Below are positions 1-9,510 of a stretch of 41,366 nucleotides of DNA, piece by piece (the stretch's first letter is position 1; each line of letters begins with the position of its first letter). This stretch comes from Clostridia bacterium (lineage in GTDB: Bacteria; Bacillota; Clostridia; Oscillospirales; CAG-272). The DNA lies in assembly GCA_017619885.1 (NCBI GenBank), contig JAFZRM010000024.1, forward strand, positions 1 to 41,366, in the 5' to 3' direction. The notes under the pieces are model-generated. The model saw only the letters and a list, made by a program, of their open reading frames with translations. It was not told the origin of the DNA and did not search any database. The translations under genes and the position numbers were made by a program.

Positions 1-240
1 ACCGAGCCCGATACTCAGGCCGACACCGAGCCGGATGCGACGACTGCCGCTGATCCCGCTGCCACTACCGAAGGCGACAAGACCGAAGAAGGCACCAAGG
101 CTCCCACGACCGATGATCCCGGCAAGAGCACCGAAAAGAAGTCCAACACCGGACTTATAATCGGTATCGTAGTTGCCGCCGTCGTAGTCGTTGCAGCTGT
201 TGTTGCGGCGATCGTCCTCGGCAAGAAGAAAAAGAAATAA
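1..240 (+). CDS. 3' end of a membrane/cell-surface anchored protein (partial); T/D/P-rich linker then KKSNTG-TM-KKKKK tail
   Basis: Frame +1 reads TEPDTQADTEPDATT...EKKSNTGLIIGIVVAAVVVVAAVVAAIVLGKKKKK* with stop at 238-240; same tail as the two genes that follow. Confidence 0.85.
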   Translation, partial: TEPDTQADTEPDATTAADPAATTEGDKTEEGTKAPTTDDPGKSTEKKSNTGLIIGIVVAAVVVVAAVVAAIVLGKKKKK

Positions 241-264
241 TCTCGATCTTCTGACATAAGATAA

Positions 265-294
265 GAAGTCCGCCGTATAACGGCGGATTTCTTT
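265..294 (+). terminator. Intrinsic terminator
   Basis: GAAGTCCGCCGT-ATA-ACGGCGGATTTC hairpin followed by a T-rich tract, just after the stop at 240. Confidence 0.75.
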
Positions 295-411
295 ATTTCC
301 CGGGATATAAATCGCCGGTCCGCGTTTCGGTGCGGCGTAACAAAACAGATTATGAAATACTATGCCGTGCTGAAATTGAAGACGCTTCGCTGATGAAGAG
401 ATTTGAAATTG

Positions 412-453
412 AACAAAAAAGCAGACCGATTTTGATTTCAGTCTGCTTTTGTT
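412..453 (-). terminator. Intrinsic terminator for 485..1996
   Basis: AACAAAAAAGCAGAC...GTCTGCTTTTGTT inverted repeat; U-tract on the minus strand. Confidence 0.7.
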
Positions 454-484
454 GAATGCGATTTTGCTCACAAAATGAATATCA

Positions 485-1996
485 TCATTTCTTCTTTTTC
501 TTTACTATCATTATTACGACTACTGCGATTATGACCGCCGCGGCGACGCCAGCGATTATTCCGATTATCAATCCGGCGTTTGATTTGTCATCCGTCGTCT
601 TTCCGGTGTCGTCGGTCACCTCCGCGCTCGTGTTATCGGGCTCGGTGTCGACAGTCGTCACAGGTTCAGTCGTATCGTCTGCCGGCGCAGTGGGAGGAGT
701 GGGAGGAGCTATAGTCTCTTTGTAATACTCGGAAAGTCCGGCGTAAGCGTACGCTTCTTCTACCGAGCGGAAGTTGCCGATCCACTTGATATCCGCGGAT
801 TTGCCCGCCAGATCCTCCATTTCGCCGATGCCGAGTCTGTAGCCGTGAATTACGCCCTGCCACGTCAGCGCCTCTGACAGATCCTTTACGATAAGTCTCC
901 AGCCGTTATCGTTCTTCTCGTCAAAATCGCCTTCGATCCAGTTAAGGCCGCACATAGAGCCTTCCTGCGGCGCCAGAACGTCGCCGGCGAAGAAGTAAAG
1001 CGTCGCGCTCTGTCCTATCTCGTCAAGATCCTTGTAAAGCATCGCGAACACGGGAAAGTCGTCTGCCGAATAATTGTACTTTCTGCTTTCACGCAGCAGT
1101 ATCGGGTCTTCAACATCAGTGAAATCAAGGTGTATCGTTCCGTCATCGTTAAGCGTCGCTACGGCGCCGGCGTTGAATTCGTTGCTCTTGAAGTGATCGG
1201 CGTCGAGAATGAACACGGGTTCGCCCGCGGGTATCTCACCGGGATCTTCCGGCGGTACGATATTGTTCGGGACGAACGGCTCGTACGATTCGTTGCCTCT
1301 CGGCATCTCGTCGTTGACGAGGTTTACGGTGCAGGCGATCGGATCGGTGTTGCCCTGATGGCACGCGACCGCGAGATAACAGGTCTTGTCTTCAAATCTG
1401 TCGTCAAACCCCGGCACGTGCATACTGCAGTCGTTTAGATAGACGTCATATACTCCGTCGACCTTTTTGACCTCGAGCGTTATGGCTTCATGCTCGTAGA
1501 TATTTACGTTGTATATCTCCTGATGTATCAGGTTCGACGCCCGGTCAAGGAACGACATGAACGTGACTTCCTTTGACCCTGGTCTGATAAGGCACAGCCA
1601 GCCATTGCCGTAACCGGCGGCCTCGGGAGTCGGCATTTCGTCTGTCCAGAGGTTGAAGGAGATCCATTTGTCGACGCCTGCCTGCGTGAATTCGTCGACA
1701 GTGATGACGACTTTAAGACCGTCGGCGAAACTGATCTTGTCTTTCATCTGCATGGAGCAGTACGCCGTCTTGCCCCACGTTTCAAGCTGTTCCTTCGTCG
1801 GCGTGTACATCTGTACGCCCGCGTCGGTATATCTCATACCGGCGACCTGAGGCATATCCTCTTCGGATTCGTAGTGATCCGAGTAAGTATGGATCTTGCC
1901 GTAAGGTACCCATTCGTTCGCGGCGGCGTTTGCGTTGAACACGAACACGGTCATGATCATCACCGCCGTTATGATAACAGCGAATAGTCTTTTCAT
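485..1996 (-). CDS. Secreted, C-terminally anchored surface protein with putative beta-sandwich/CBM-like domains; paralog of 2178..3728
   Basis: Signal peptide ending ANA-AA; P/T/D linker; KSNAG-TM-KKKKK tail; GGAGG RBS. Confidence 0.8.
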   Translation of the reverse strand: MKRLFAVIITAVMIMTVFVFNANAAANEWVPYGKIHTYSDHYESEEDMPQVAGMRYTDAGVQMYTPTKEQLETWGKTAYCSMQMKDKISFADGLKVVITVDEFTQAGVDKWISFNLWTDEMPTPEAAGYGNGWLCLIRPGSKEVTFMSFLDRASNLIHQEIYNVNIYEHEAITLEVKKVDGVYDVYLNDCSMHVPGFDDRFEDKTCYLAVACHQGNTDPIACTVNLVNDEMPRGNESYEPFVPNNIVPPEDPGEIPAGEPVFILDADHFKSNEFNAGAVATLNDDGTIHLDFTDVEDPILLRESRKYNYSADDFPVFAMLYKDLDEIGQSATLYFFAGDVLAPQEGSMCGLNWIEGDFDEKNDNGWRLIVKDLSEALTWQGVIHGYRLGIGEMEDLAGKSADIKWIGNFRSVEEAYAYAGLSEYYKETIAPPTPPTAPADDTTEPVTTVDTEPDNTSAEVTDDTGKTTDDKSNAGLIIGIIAGVAAAVIIAVVVIMIVKKKKK

Positions 1997-2033
1997 ACTT
2001 TACCTCCGTATTTTACGCTATTCAATTTCTTTC

Positions 2034-2062
2034 ATTATAGATCAAATCGTCACCGTTGTCAA
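2034..2062 (-). promoter_or_regulatory. Sigma-A promoter
   Basis: Minus strand TTGACA (2062-2057), 17 bp spacer, TATAAT (2039-2034). Confidence 0.8.
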
Positions 2063-2125
2063 GTGGTGTTTTCCATTTATTGTCGGTTATCCGATAAAAA
2101 GAAAGATAAATTGAAATATATACCC

Positions 2126-2165
2126 AAAAAAAGAAGACCGCTTGCCCGACGGCAGACGGCCTTTT
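2126..2165 (-). terminator. Intrinsic terminator for 2178..3728
   Basis: Minus strand GGCCGTCTGCC-GTCG-GGCAAGCGGTC followed by TTCTTTTTTT. Confidence 0.65.
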
Positions 2166-2177
2166 GATCACAGTTTA

Positions 2178-3728
2178 TTATTTCTTCTTTTTCTTGGAGA
2201 GGACTATGCCGCATACTACGGCAGCGACTACTACCACAGCCGCAACAGCGATGCCGATGATGGCGCCGGTGTTGGATTTCTTTTCGCCGGTCGAGCCGCC
2301 GTCTGTCGTTACGTCGGCAGTGCCGGGAGCAGCCTGCGTACCGTCGTCGGCGGTGTTGTCGCCGGAAGCGGCGGTCGTGTCGTCAGCGGGCGCGGTGGTG
2401 TCGTCAGCGGCGGTCGTTGCGGTGCCCCACTGGCTGTCATAGTAAGCGCCCATATTGGCGTAGTGATAAGCATCCTTTTCGCTGCGGAAGAAACCGATCC
2501 ACATTATGTCGGCTTCCTGCTCGTTGAGCGAGCCGTCGCCGGCGATGTCGAGACGGAAAGCGTTGATCAGACCTTCCCAGGTCGCCTCGTCGGTGAGGTC
2601 GATGCAGAGGATCCTCCAGCCGTTGTCGTTGTCTTCATCATAATCGCCTTCAGCCCAGGCAAAGCCGATGTGAGAGTCGTTCTGAGCTGCGTAAACTTCG
2701 CCGGCGCAGTACCACAGAGAAGCGGATCCGCCGATCTCGTCGAGGTCCTTATAAAGTATCGCCCATACCGGGAACTCTTCGGCTTTGTAGGAGCCTGTGT
2801 TGACGTTTCCGTTCAGCATAGGCGCGTTCTCGTCAAACGTGATATGAAGCGATCCGTCGTCGTTGACGATAGAGGTCATGCCGCCTCCGGGCGTGTTCTT
2901 CTTGACTCTGTCAGCATTCCACAGCCAGCAGGGCTCGCCTTCCGGAACAGCGGGAGTTTCTTCTATCGGAGGTCTCGGCTTGAGATCGTCGGGTATATAC
3001 GGATCGGACGCGTCGGTACCGGTCGGCTTGCTGCCGTTGAATTCGGTGACCGTGAACACGATCTGCTCTCTGGTGCCCTGATGTCCGGTAAGACCTATGT
3101 AAGCCTCATCGTTTTCCATATACTGAACGAACTTGCTCGCCTTCATATCGACGCCGTTGACGTAAACGTTATATTTGCCGTCTTCCGGTTTGATCTCGAG
3201 CGTGATAGCTTCGCCCTCGTAAATGTTGACGTCGCTGTTCGTCATCGTGAGGTTAGTCATGGCGACGGACGGCGAGCACAGATAGGATTCAAGCGAGCAT
3301 CCGGCGGAACTCGGTCTGATAAGGCAGAACCAGCCGCAGCCGTAACCGGCGGCGCCCTGCGCTATCTTCTGGCTGTCCCAGATGGAGAAGGAGAGCCATT
3401 TATCGGCGCTGCCGTCGCAGAATTTGTCAACGACGACGGTCATCGATATACCGTTCTTATAGCTGACCTTTTCTTTGGTCTGAAGCGTGCCCCAGCCGTT
3501 GCTGCCCATATCTTTGAGCTGATCGTCGGTGCAGGTGTACATCTGGACGCCGAGGTCAACGTAACGGATACCGGGAGTCTTCGGCAGGCTGTCGTCTTCG
3601 CCGTATTCTTCCTTGTATGCGTTGGCAGACGCATAGGGGACCCACTCGTTGTCGGCGGCGTTTGCGGTGAACACGAACATGGACATGAGCATCGCGGCCG
3701 TCAGGATCATTGCGAATATTTTTCTCAT
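2178..3728 (-). CDS. Secreted, C-terminally anchored surface protein; paralog of 485..1996
   Basis: Collinear shared motifs (NEWVPY, GVQMYT, DKW.SF..W, AAGYG.GW.CLIRP, LYKDLDEIG, NDNGWR); KKSNTG-TM-KKKKK tail. Confidence 0.8.
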   Translation of the reverse strand: MRKIFAMILTAAMLMSMFVFTANAADNEWVPYASANAYKEEYGEDDSLPKTPGIRYVDLGVQMYTCTDDQLKDMGSNGWGTLQTKEKVSYKNGISMTVVVDKFCDGSADKWLSFSIWDSQKIAQGAAGYGCGWFCLIRPSSAGCSLESYLCSPSVAMTNLTMTNSDVNIYEGEAITLEIKPEDGKYNVYVNGVDMKASKFVQYMENDEAYIGLTGHQGTREQIVFTVTEFNGSKPTGTDASDPYIPDDLKPRPPIEETPAVPEGEPCWLWNADRVKKNTPGGGMTSIVNDDGSLHITFDENAPMLNGNVNTGSYKAEEFPVWAILYKDLDEIGGSASLWYCAGEVYAAQNDSHIGFAWAEGDYDEDNDNGWRILCIDLTDEATWEGLINAFRLDIAGDGSLNEQEADIMWIGFFRSEKDAYHYANMGAYYDSQWGTATTAADDTTAPADDTTAASGDNTADDGTQAAPGTADVTTDGGSTGEKKSNTGAIIGIAVAAVVVVAAVVCGIVLSKKKKK

Positions 3729-3765
3729 ATTATACCTCCATAATATTTCGCATATACGTGATTAT

Positions 3766-3794
3766 ATTTTACTATCAAAAATGCTATTTGTCAA
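3766..3794 (-). promoter_or_regulatory. Sigma-A promoter
   Basis: Minus strand TTGACA (3794-3789), 17 bp spacer, TAAAAT (3771-3766). Confidence 0.65.
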
Positions 3795-3859
3795 GTATTA
3801 TTTGTATAAATTCAATAAAATTGATTTGAAAACCGCGTATGCAGCCCGAATGTCCTGCG

Positions 3860-4423
3860 TTATTCGGCAAGTGAGCGGTAAAGACGCGGCGGCGCTAGGA
3901 TGAACGCACGCTCAAAATAGTCGAGCTGTGTCAGATATTCGCGTACAGTGCCGGATGTGAGCAGCACGGGCATGCGATTGTGAACATCCGCCATATCGTC
4001 GTCCGCGCCGCGCGTGAATATGACGAATTTCTTTACCGGTCCGTATTCGTTATATGCGCCTGCCATATACACTATATCGTCGTCCGTGCATTTGAAAAGA
4101 TATTTGATCTTTGTTTCCCTCGACCATTCGTAAAAGCCGGTCGCGGGTATGACGCAGCGGCGCTGATAAAGAGCTTCTCTGAAGAACCTTTTGCCGACGG
4201 CGGTCTCGCTTCTGGAATTGATAACGGGTTTCGAATCGCCCGAAGGGGAGGGGAAGCCCCAGAACGCGTATTTCGCCCTGATCTTGCCGTCGTACTCGGT
4301 TATGATCGGCGCGGGATCAGTCGGGTAAATGTCTCCGACCGGCTCCCTGAAGCCCGCCTGCTTTAAAAATTTTGTCATCAGACTGTCTTCGTCATCTGTA
4401 AAGACGGTATATCTTCCGCACAT
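3860..4423 (-). CDS. SOS response-associated peptidase (SRAP/YedK/HMCES family, abasic-site processing)
   Basis: N-terminal MCGRY, plus NSRSET, GFYEW and HNRMPVLL motifs. Confidence 0.9.
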   Translation of the reverse strand: MCGRYTVFTDDEDSLMTKFLKQAGFREPVGDIYPTDPAPIITEYDGKIRAKYAFWGFPSPSGDSKPVINSRSETAVGKRFFREALYQRRCVIPATGFYEWSRETKIKYLFKCTDDDIVYMAGAYNEYGPVKKFVIFTRGADDDMADVHNRMPVLLTSGTVREYLTQLDYFERAFILAPPRLYRSLAE

Positions 4424-4430
4424 ATCTGCT

Positions 4431-6425
4431 TCACATCCTTAACTTTACGACGCTTCTGCCGGGCACGCTTATATCGCGTTCGTCGAATGTCGCCGTGACT
4501 GTTTGCTCAAATGGATTGATCACTATCATTATCTTTTCACTTTGATATTCCCAGCTGACCGAGACGAGCGCAGGCAGACTGTTGCCGAACGGTGCGAGAC
4601 CGCATTCAAGCGCCGGCGACGGCATCATTCTGCCGTAGTTGAGAAAGTCGGAAAGACCCGAGTTTCGCGCGTCGGAGAGCGTATTAAGGAATTTCAGGAC
4701 CGTTTCTTTGTCTGGCATTACGGAGAAATCGCGCGTGCCCCACGACGGCGAAATATAACCTTCCGGCGTCAGTATGAGAGTCGGCACGTCGCCCGCGGCG
4801 AATGAATAAGCGAGGCGATAAAGCAGCGCGTCGGTGTCGCGCGGCAGCGGATCGCTCACCTGGTTGCCCATGAAATTGCGGATAAATTCATGAAATAGAA
4901 ACGCGTACATAGGTACGGGTCTTCCCAGGATAGATGAAAGCTCGTATCTGTCATCGCTCATCGGCAGCATACCGATATAAGGCTCCGCAGTCGCGGATTC
5001 ACAGCCGAGGATCATGCCGGGGCTCTGCTTTTTCCATTCGGAAAGCATTTTCTGCATTTTAACGGTCATCCATGCGCCGGGCACGGGGGGATGTCCGTGC
5101 CTTCTTGAATAGCAAAGATACTGGCCGCCGCCGTGGTTCTGATCGAGGATCTGCGCGTAATCGGCTCCGCAGTCGAACAGAGGAGTGTAAGCTTCCGACA
5201 GTATCTCTTTGCCGCGTTCGCACGCCGGGCAGACGTCGTAACCCGATCGCTGACCGGGACAGATGCGGCTTTTTGAAACGCTTCCGTCCGGCGCCGCGCA
5301 CATTATTTCAAGAAGATTTTCGTCTTTTATACGCTGCGAATTGTCGTATGTTTCAACAAGATTCGAGTGTTCGGTGAAGCCGAAGCCTGAACAGTAAACG
5401 CCGAGCATATAGCCGCGGCTGTGCAGCGCGTCACGGAATTCATTGAACGCGTCGATACCGCCGTAAGGCGGCCACACGTAAGGCGGCGCCCACGGCGCGG
5501 TGCCCTCCCAGTGCATTAAAAGCGCGAGCGGCCTCATACCCGATTTCTCAGCTATATCATCGATCAGCGGCAGCGCATTGACGTATGGAAACAGTGCGTT
5601 CGGATCCATTTTATCCATATCGTGGATACCGCGGACCGGGTAAGACACTACGACAGTATTATCGGTGTACCACTTCGGCAAAGAATCGTTTTCTATGACC
5701 TTTACCGCGCACGGCGGAAGATTCGACTCGAAGAAATCTCTGTAAGCGGATGAAGCCGCCTCCCAGCTGCCTTTGCCCGAGCTTATAACGAGCGGATAAC
5801 CGGTCGAGACGTCCTGACCGGGCTCGTCGCCGCAGTACAGCTTGAATATAAGTTCGCCGCCGCGGACGGTTATCTCCTTGGGTCCGCGCGCCGGGTCGTT
5901 TGCTGAAACCGTCAGATACCCCGGATCTCCTCCGTCATACAGATACGAAGCGGTCTGCGCGAACATCATGTTCGGAAACATCATGTAGTTGCCGTAAGAC
6001 GGATATTCCGGCGGCATATCGTATAATTTACTGAGCGTGTAGATGATCACGCCCTCGTTATACGGAAGAAGCAGGGAACTGCCATCTTCACCTCCGTCGC
6101 CGCACAATGCGGGCAGACGAAGCGGTAAAAGGATTATCCATTCAACAGCACAATCGGAATTGTTTGTAATATCAGCGAATACCTTTAAATCTTTTTCTCT
6201 TATGATTCTGATGTTGACAACTATGTCGGTGCAAAAACCGGAGAATACGTAGCTGTCCCCGATGTTTTCGATTTGCTTTGCATCGGAGGCGCAGATCTCG
6301 ATCTTTTGTCCGTCGGGGCTGATCAGCCGCAGACGAAACAGCGGTGTCGGCGACGCGCAGAACTGCCGGCTGTCCTTTGATAATGATTCCAGAAAAGCGC
6401 CGTTAATTTTGAGATTAAGAGACAT
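4431..6425 (-). CDS. DUF6259-like putative glycoside hydrolase (TIM barrel)
   Basis: 664 aa ORF with QILDQNHGG..LCY...HGHP and GCE...EPY motifs; family assigned from recall. Confidence 0.6.
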   Translation of the reverse strand: MSLNLKINGAFLESLSKDSRQFCASPTPLFRLRLISPDGQKIEICASDAKQIENIGDSYVFSGFCTDIVVNIRIIREKDLKVFADITNNSDCAVEWIILLPLRLPALCGDGGEDGSSLLLPYNEGVIIYTLSKLYDMPPEYPSYGNYMMFPNMMFAQTASYLYDGGDPGYLTVSANDPARGPKEITVRGGELIFKLYCGDEPGQDVSTGYPLVISSGKGSWEAASSAYRDFFESNLPPCAVKVIENDSLPKWYTDNTVVVSYPVRGIHDMDKMDPNALFPYVNALPLIDDIAEKSGMRPLALLMHWEGTAPWAPPYVWPPYGGIDAFNEFRDALHSRGYMLGVYCSGFGFTEHSNLVETYDNSQRIKDENLLEIMCAAPDGSVSKSRICPGQRSGYDVCPACERGKEILSEAYTPLFDCGADYAQILDQNHGGGQYLCYSRRHGHPPVPGAWMTVKMQKMLSEWKKQSPGMILGCESATAEPYIGMLPMSDDRYELSSILGRPVPMYAFLFHEFIRNFMGNQVSDPLPRDTDALLYRLAYSFAAGDVPTLILTPEGYISPSWGTRDFSVMPDKETVLKFLNTLSDARNSGLSDFLNYGRMMPSPALECGLAPFGNSLPALVSVSWEYQSEKIMIVINPFEQTVTATFDERDISVPGRSVVKLRM

Positions 6426-6446
6426 ATCATTATTCCTTTCGCAAAT

Positions 6447-6965
6447 CTATGAAATATCGGTCTTCCACCGAAGATTGCCGTCATCTTTCAAAAAAGAGAA
6501 ACCGCAGCGTTTTAAGACGTTCTGAGACTTAATGTTCTCCTTCAATGTTTCCGCTAATACTGTTTTTATACCGAGTGACTTGCCGAAGAGCAAAAACGCT
6601 TTGAGCGCTTCCGTCATATATCCGTGCCCTTCATATTGCGGGTTCATTCCGTAACCGACTTCCGTCACACCGTCTTTCGGCACGTACTTATAATCTATTG
6701 AGCCGATTATCTTGCTGTTTTCTTTCAGAACGATCAGAAATTCAGTGAAAAACAGATAATTGTCCGGATCATTGGCAATTTCTCTTTCAAGCTTCAACAG
6801 AAAGTTTTGAAGCAGATGATCGAGCTCCTCGCCCAGATACATAACGTCGAATTCACGCTCGAAGCCCGGCAGATCCGCGTTGAAAAGAGCGAGGTTTTCT
6901 TTTGTATACGGAAACAGAACGAGCCGCTCTGTTTCGATGTATGACGTCATCTTTTCAAGATTCAT
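6447..6965 (-). CDS. GNAT (RimJ/RimL-type) N-acetyltransferase
   Basis: IETERLVL, EVGY...YEGHGYMTEAL, NIKSQNVLKRCGF. Confidence 0.9.
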   Translation of the reverse strand: MNLEKMTSYIETERLVLFPYTKENLALFNADLPGFEREFDVMYLGEELDHLLQNFLLKLEREIANDPDNYLFFTEFLIVLKENSKIIGSIDYKYVPKDGVTEVGYGMNPQYEGHGYMTEALKAFLLFGKSLGIKTVLAETLKENIKSQNVLKRCGFSFLKDDGNLRWKTDIS

Positions 6966-6968
6966 ATT

Positions 6969-7568
6969 TCACCTCGTCGACCTTATCCAATCGTCAAGGA
7001 ACTTCATCTGCCCGTCAGTATGGAACCAGTGTTCGCCGCCGCGCATGACCGTGAGCGATGCGTTGTGTTTTCCGGCAAATTCCGTGATCGTAGAAAGCGC
7101 CGTCATATTATCGTTTTCGCCGTACAGGATATGCGTCGGCACGTCCCATTCGAGCGGATTTTCCCGCACGTAGCATAGATATTCCCATGACAAAGCTACG
7201 CCGAAAGGCGTTTCTATCGTCTTTTTCGCTTCGAGCTCAGCTTCCGTGACGGACGCGTATTTCATCATGTCCGTTATCAGCTTTTCCATATCGACTATGG
7301 GCGAGATGAACCATGCGGCTTCGATATCTTCCGATGAAAACGCGTTCATGGAAAAGAACGCGCCTACGCTGTTAGCGATGAGAAGCACGTTGTTGTATTT
7401 TTCTTTCAGTTCTTTTATCTTGCCGGAGAATTCCGGCTTGCAGTCCCACGGCGTGTCGCAAGTATAATCGAGCCCGATAACGTCGCAATCGGCAAACAAA
7501 GACCGGTAATGATCGGCTTCTGCGGCGCTTCCGCCCTTTCCGTGAACGTACAAAACTGCCTTTTTCAT
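6969..7568 (-). CDS. Alpha/beta hydrolase
   Basis: Likely start MKKAVLYVHGKGG at 7568 (ATGA overlap with upstream gene); ANSVGA nucleophile elbow; GEHWFH. Confidence 0.85.
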   Translation of the reverse strand: MKKAVLYVHGKGGSAAEADHYRSLFADCDVIGLDYTCDTPWDCKPEFSGKIKELKEKYNNVLLIANSVGAFFSMNAFSSEDIEAAWFISPIVDMEKLITDMMKYASVTEAELEAKKTIETPFGVALSWEYLCYVRENPLEWDVPTHILYGENDNMTALSTITEFAGKHNASLTVMRGGEHWFHTDGQMKFLDDWIRSTR

Positions 7569-8023
7569 TTCTTCGCCAGCCTTTTGTAGATCAAAAGCTG
7601 CGGATCTGCGCCGTTCTCGCGGTAACTGCAAATCAGTATAAACTCTTCGTCGGCGATCACGCCGTAACATACGTCATCGTCAGCGACACATATCTGATTT
7701 CCGAGATATATATCGTTCGGGTTCAAAAACGTCGCCTCGGCGCCGTTCGGGAGCGTATATTTCAGATCGACGAAAAATCCCGGAAGCTCGTTTAAATTTT
7801 CGATCGCGGGAATGCCGAGAGAAGCGAGCAGGGAATTGATCTGCAAGACAAACCCCGCCTTGAATTCTTCATACGCGGCTTTACCGTGTTTTTTAATGTA
7901 CTGCGCGGCGATGCAGCTGCCGCCGAAAGGACATCCGTTCGTCGCGGCACAACCGTGACAGGTATCTTTAAAACCGCACTGCGAGCAGTCGGCGCCGCAA
8001 ATCGTTTTGTTTTCAGATTTCAT
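7565..8023 (-). CDS. DUF3795-like Cys-rich protein
   Basis: N-terminal ICGADCSQC...CHGC...CP..G.C motif. Confidence 0.75.
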   Translation of the reverse strand: MKSENKTICGADCSQCGFKDTCHGCAATNGCPFGGSCIAAQYIKKHGKAAYEEFKAGFVLQINSLLASLGIPAIENLNELPGFFVDLKYTLPNGAEATFLNPNDIYLGNQICVADDDVCYGVIADEEFILICSYRENGADPQLLIYKRLAKK

Positions 8024-8048
8024 TTGTCTCCCCCTGTGTTATATAAAT

Positions 8049-8489
8049 TCAGAATCCACGGCGTTTGATGTCGTATTTCCCTGACCAGCTGTGAACTTCA
8101 AATTCAAACTGTGAAATATACTCGGGCGTGCAGAAGAAGCGCCGCGCCAGAAATTCTTTGTTTATTTTGTCAAAATCGGATCTTTCGATCTCGCCGCCGA
8201 AACGCCTTTCGCCGTCTTTGTAAAACTCGACCGGAAGCACCTCGTCGTCAAGTATCCGGCGTATATAATCGGCAGCGTCCCCATACTCTTCACAGTGAAG
8301 ATGCTGAGTGGCAAAACACACGATATACTCGACGTATTCCTCGGTCTTTTCGCGATTATAGAACTTTTCTTCGAATACTTCTATCTTTCTGCCGCTTTCG
8401 CGATCCGATATCAACGCGTGATCATCGTCGATAAACAGATCGAGGCCGTACGCTGTTATCATATCGTTCAGAAAATCCCAGTCTTTCAT
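8049..8489 (-). CDS. Hypothetical protein
   Basis: 146 aa ORF with GGAGG RBS, tightly packed in the minus-strand gene run. Confidence 0.7.
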   Translation of the reverse strand: MKDWDFLNDMITAYGLDLFIDDDHALISDRESGRKIEVFEEKFYNREKTEEYVEYIVCFATQHLHCEEYGDAADYIRRILDDEVLPVEFYKDGERRFGGEIERSDFDKINKEFLARRFFCTPEYISQFEFEVHSWSGKYDIKRRGF

Positions 8490-8503
8490 ATAAATCCTCC
8501 GGT

Positions 8504-9268
8504 TTAATCTGTCTTTCTGGCGACGATCAGGTATCTGTGCGTCGTTCCTGCGATCCTGCCTTCACGCTCGATGATTTCATGCATTTTCAGCAGCCGGTCA
8601 AAGCATCGGTCTACGGAGAAGCCGGGGAATTCCCACTCGATTATCCTTGCAAACCATACGAAGGCGCCGACGTCGTAAAAACATATCGTGCCGAAAGCCT
8701 CGTCCGCCTGAATGATCTCGAAACCCGCGTCCTCAAATCTTTGCCTTTGCTCGCGCAGATTCTCGTGCGGGAACGGCGTTTCGGTGCCGGGGAGGACCAT
8801 CTCGACAAGCTCTCTGTCGTTGTCAGATCCCACCTGCTGTGTGATGAACAAGCCGCCGGGCTTCAGCAGCCGTTTGATCTCAGTCGGATCGAAGTCTCCG
8901 TGACGGTTTATGATCACATCAAAGGATCCGTCGTCAAACGGGATATGCGACGCGTCACTGCATTCACGCAAATCTATCCCGAGCGGCAAAAGTCTTTCCA
9001 TACAAAGTTTTACGTTCGGAGGATAACCCTCCGTCGCGGCCGTGTTTTCATACGGGTGATGAAGAGAGAGAAGAAACTCGCCGCCGCCCGTATCGTAATC
9101 AAGAAGCTTCATATCGTCCCGAAGAAAACAACGGATTATCTTTTCATAATCCCACGGTAAAACGTCTTCTTCCTCATAGCGCCCGCTGATATGCGAAAAA
9201 TCCCACCCTTTTATAAAGGCGCAAGCCTCTTCATTTTGCCAAACTGTTCTCAGTTCTTCAGCCGACAT
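8504..9268 (-). CDS. Class I SAM-dependent methyltransferase
   Basis: GWDFS, LLDYDTGGGE, FDVIINRH, LKPGGLFITQQVG; start at 9268 has a GGAG RBS (ORF is open to 9310). Confidence 0.9.
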   Translation of the reverse strand: MSAEELRTVWQNEEACAFIKGWDFSHISGRYEEEDVLPWDYEKIIRCFLRDDMKLLDYDTGGGEFLLSLHHPYENTAATEGYPPNVKLCMERLLPLGIDLRECSDASHIPFDDGSFDVIINRHGDFDPTEIKRLLKPGGLFITQQVGSDNDRELVEMVLPGTETPFPHENLREQRQRFEDAGFEIIQADEAFGTICFYDVGAFVWFARIIEWEFPGFSVDRCFDRLLKMHEIIEREGRIAGTTHRYLIVARKTD

Positions 9269-9372
9269 ACGTATCTCCATGAACGAAATATAACTGCTTT
9301 TGTACTGCATATGTTTTTTGTTTACATCATTTTTATTATCCTGTCAGTTAACATCTATGCTGTCGCTTCAAC

Positions 9373-9484
9373 CTAGGCTCGAGTGATCAATGTAACTACT
9401 TCCACATGCTTTGGGACGATAGCGTGAATAAAAAGGCACATATTCACGCTGTTGTCACGACCAGCGGCGTAAAGAATTTGCCGT
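9373..9484 (-). repeat. Junction J4: inverted-repeat arm plus rlmD 3'-end copy HVEVVTLITRA*
   Basis: 9408-9373 translates to HVEVVTLITRA*; IR 9415-9430/9441-9456; 9401-9484 matches 10470-10553 at 68/84 nt without gaps. Confidence 0.85.
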
Positions 9485-9510
9485 TGCCCGAATAAGATCG
9501 TGTCATCGGT

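Noticed and set aside
300-411. Intergenic stretch between two terminators as a possible ncRNA
   Set aside because: Only a short hairpin and a repeated TGAAATTGAA are visible; no promoter or recognisable RNA family.
2142-3743. 533-aa plus-strand ORF and similar long antisense ORFs (for example 22380..23516, 40491..41195)
   Set aside because: These are shadow frames of real genes on the opposite strand, expected from GC-rich codon bias, with no recognisable motifs.
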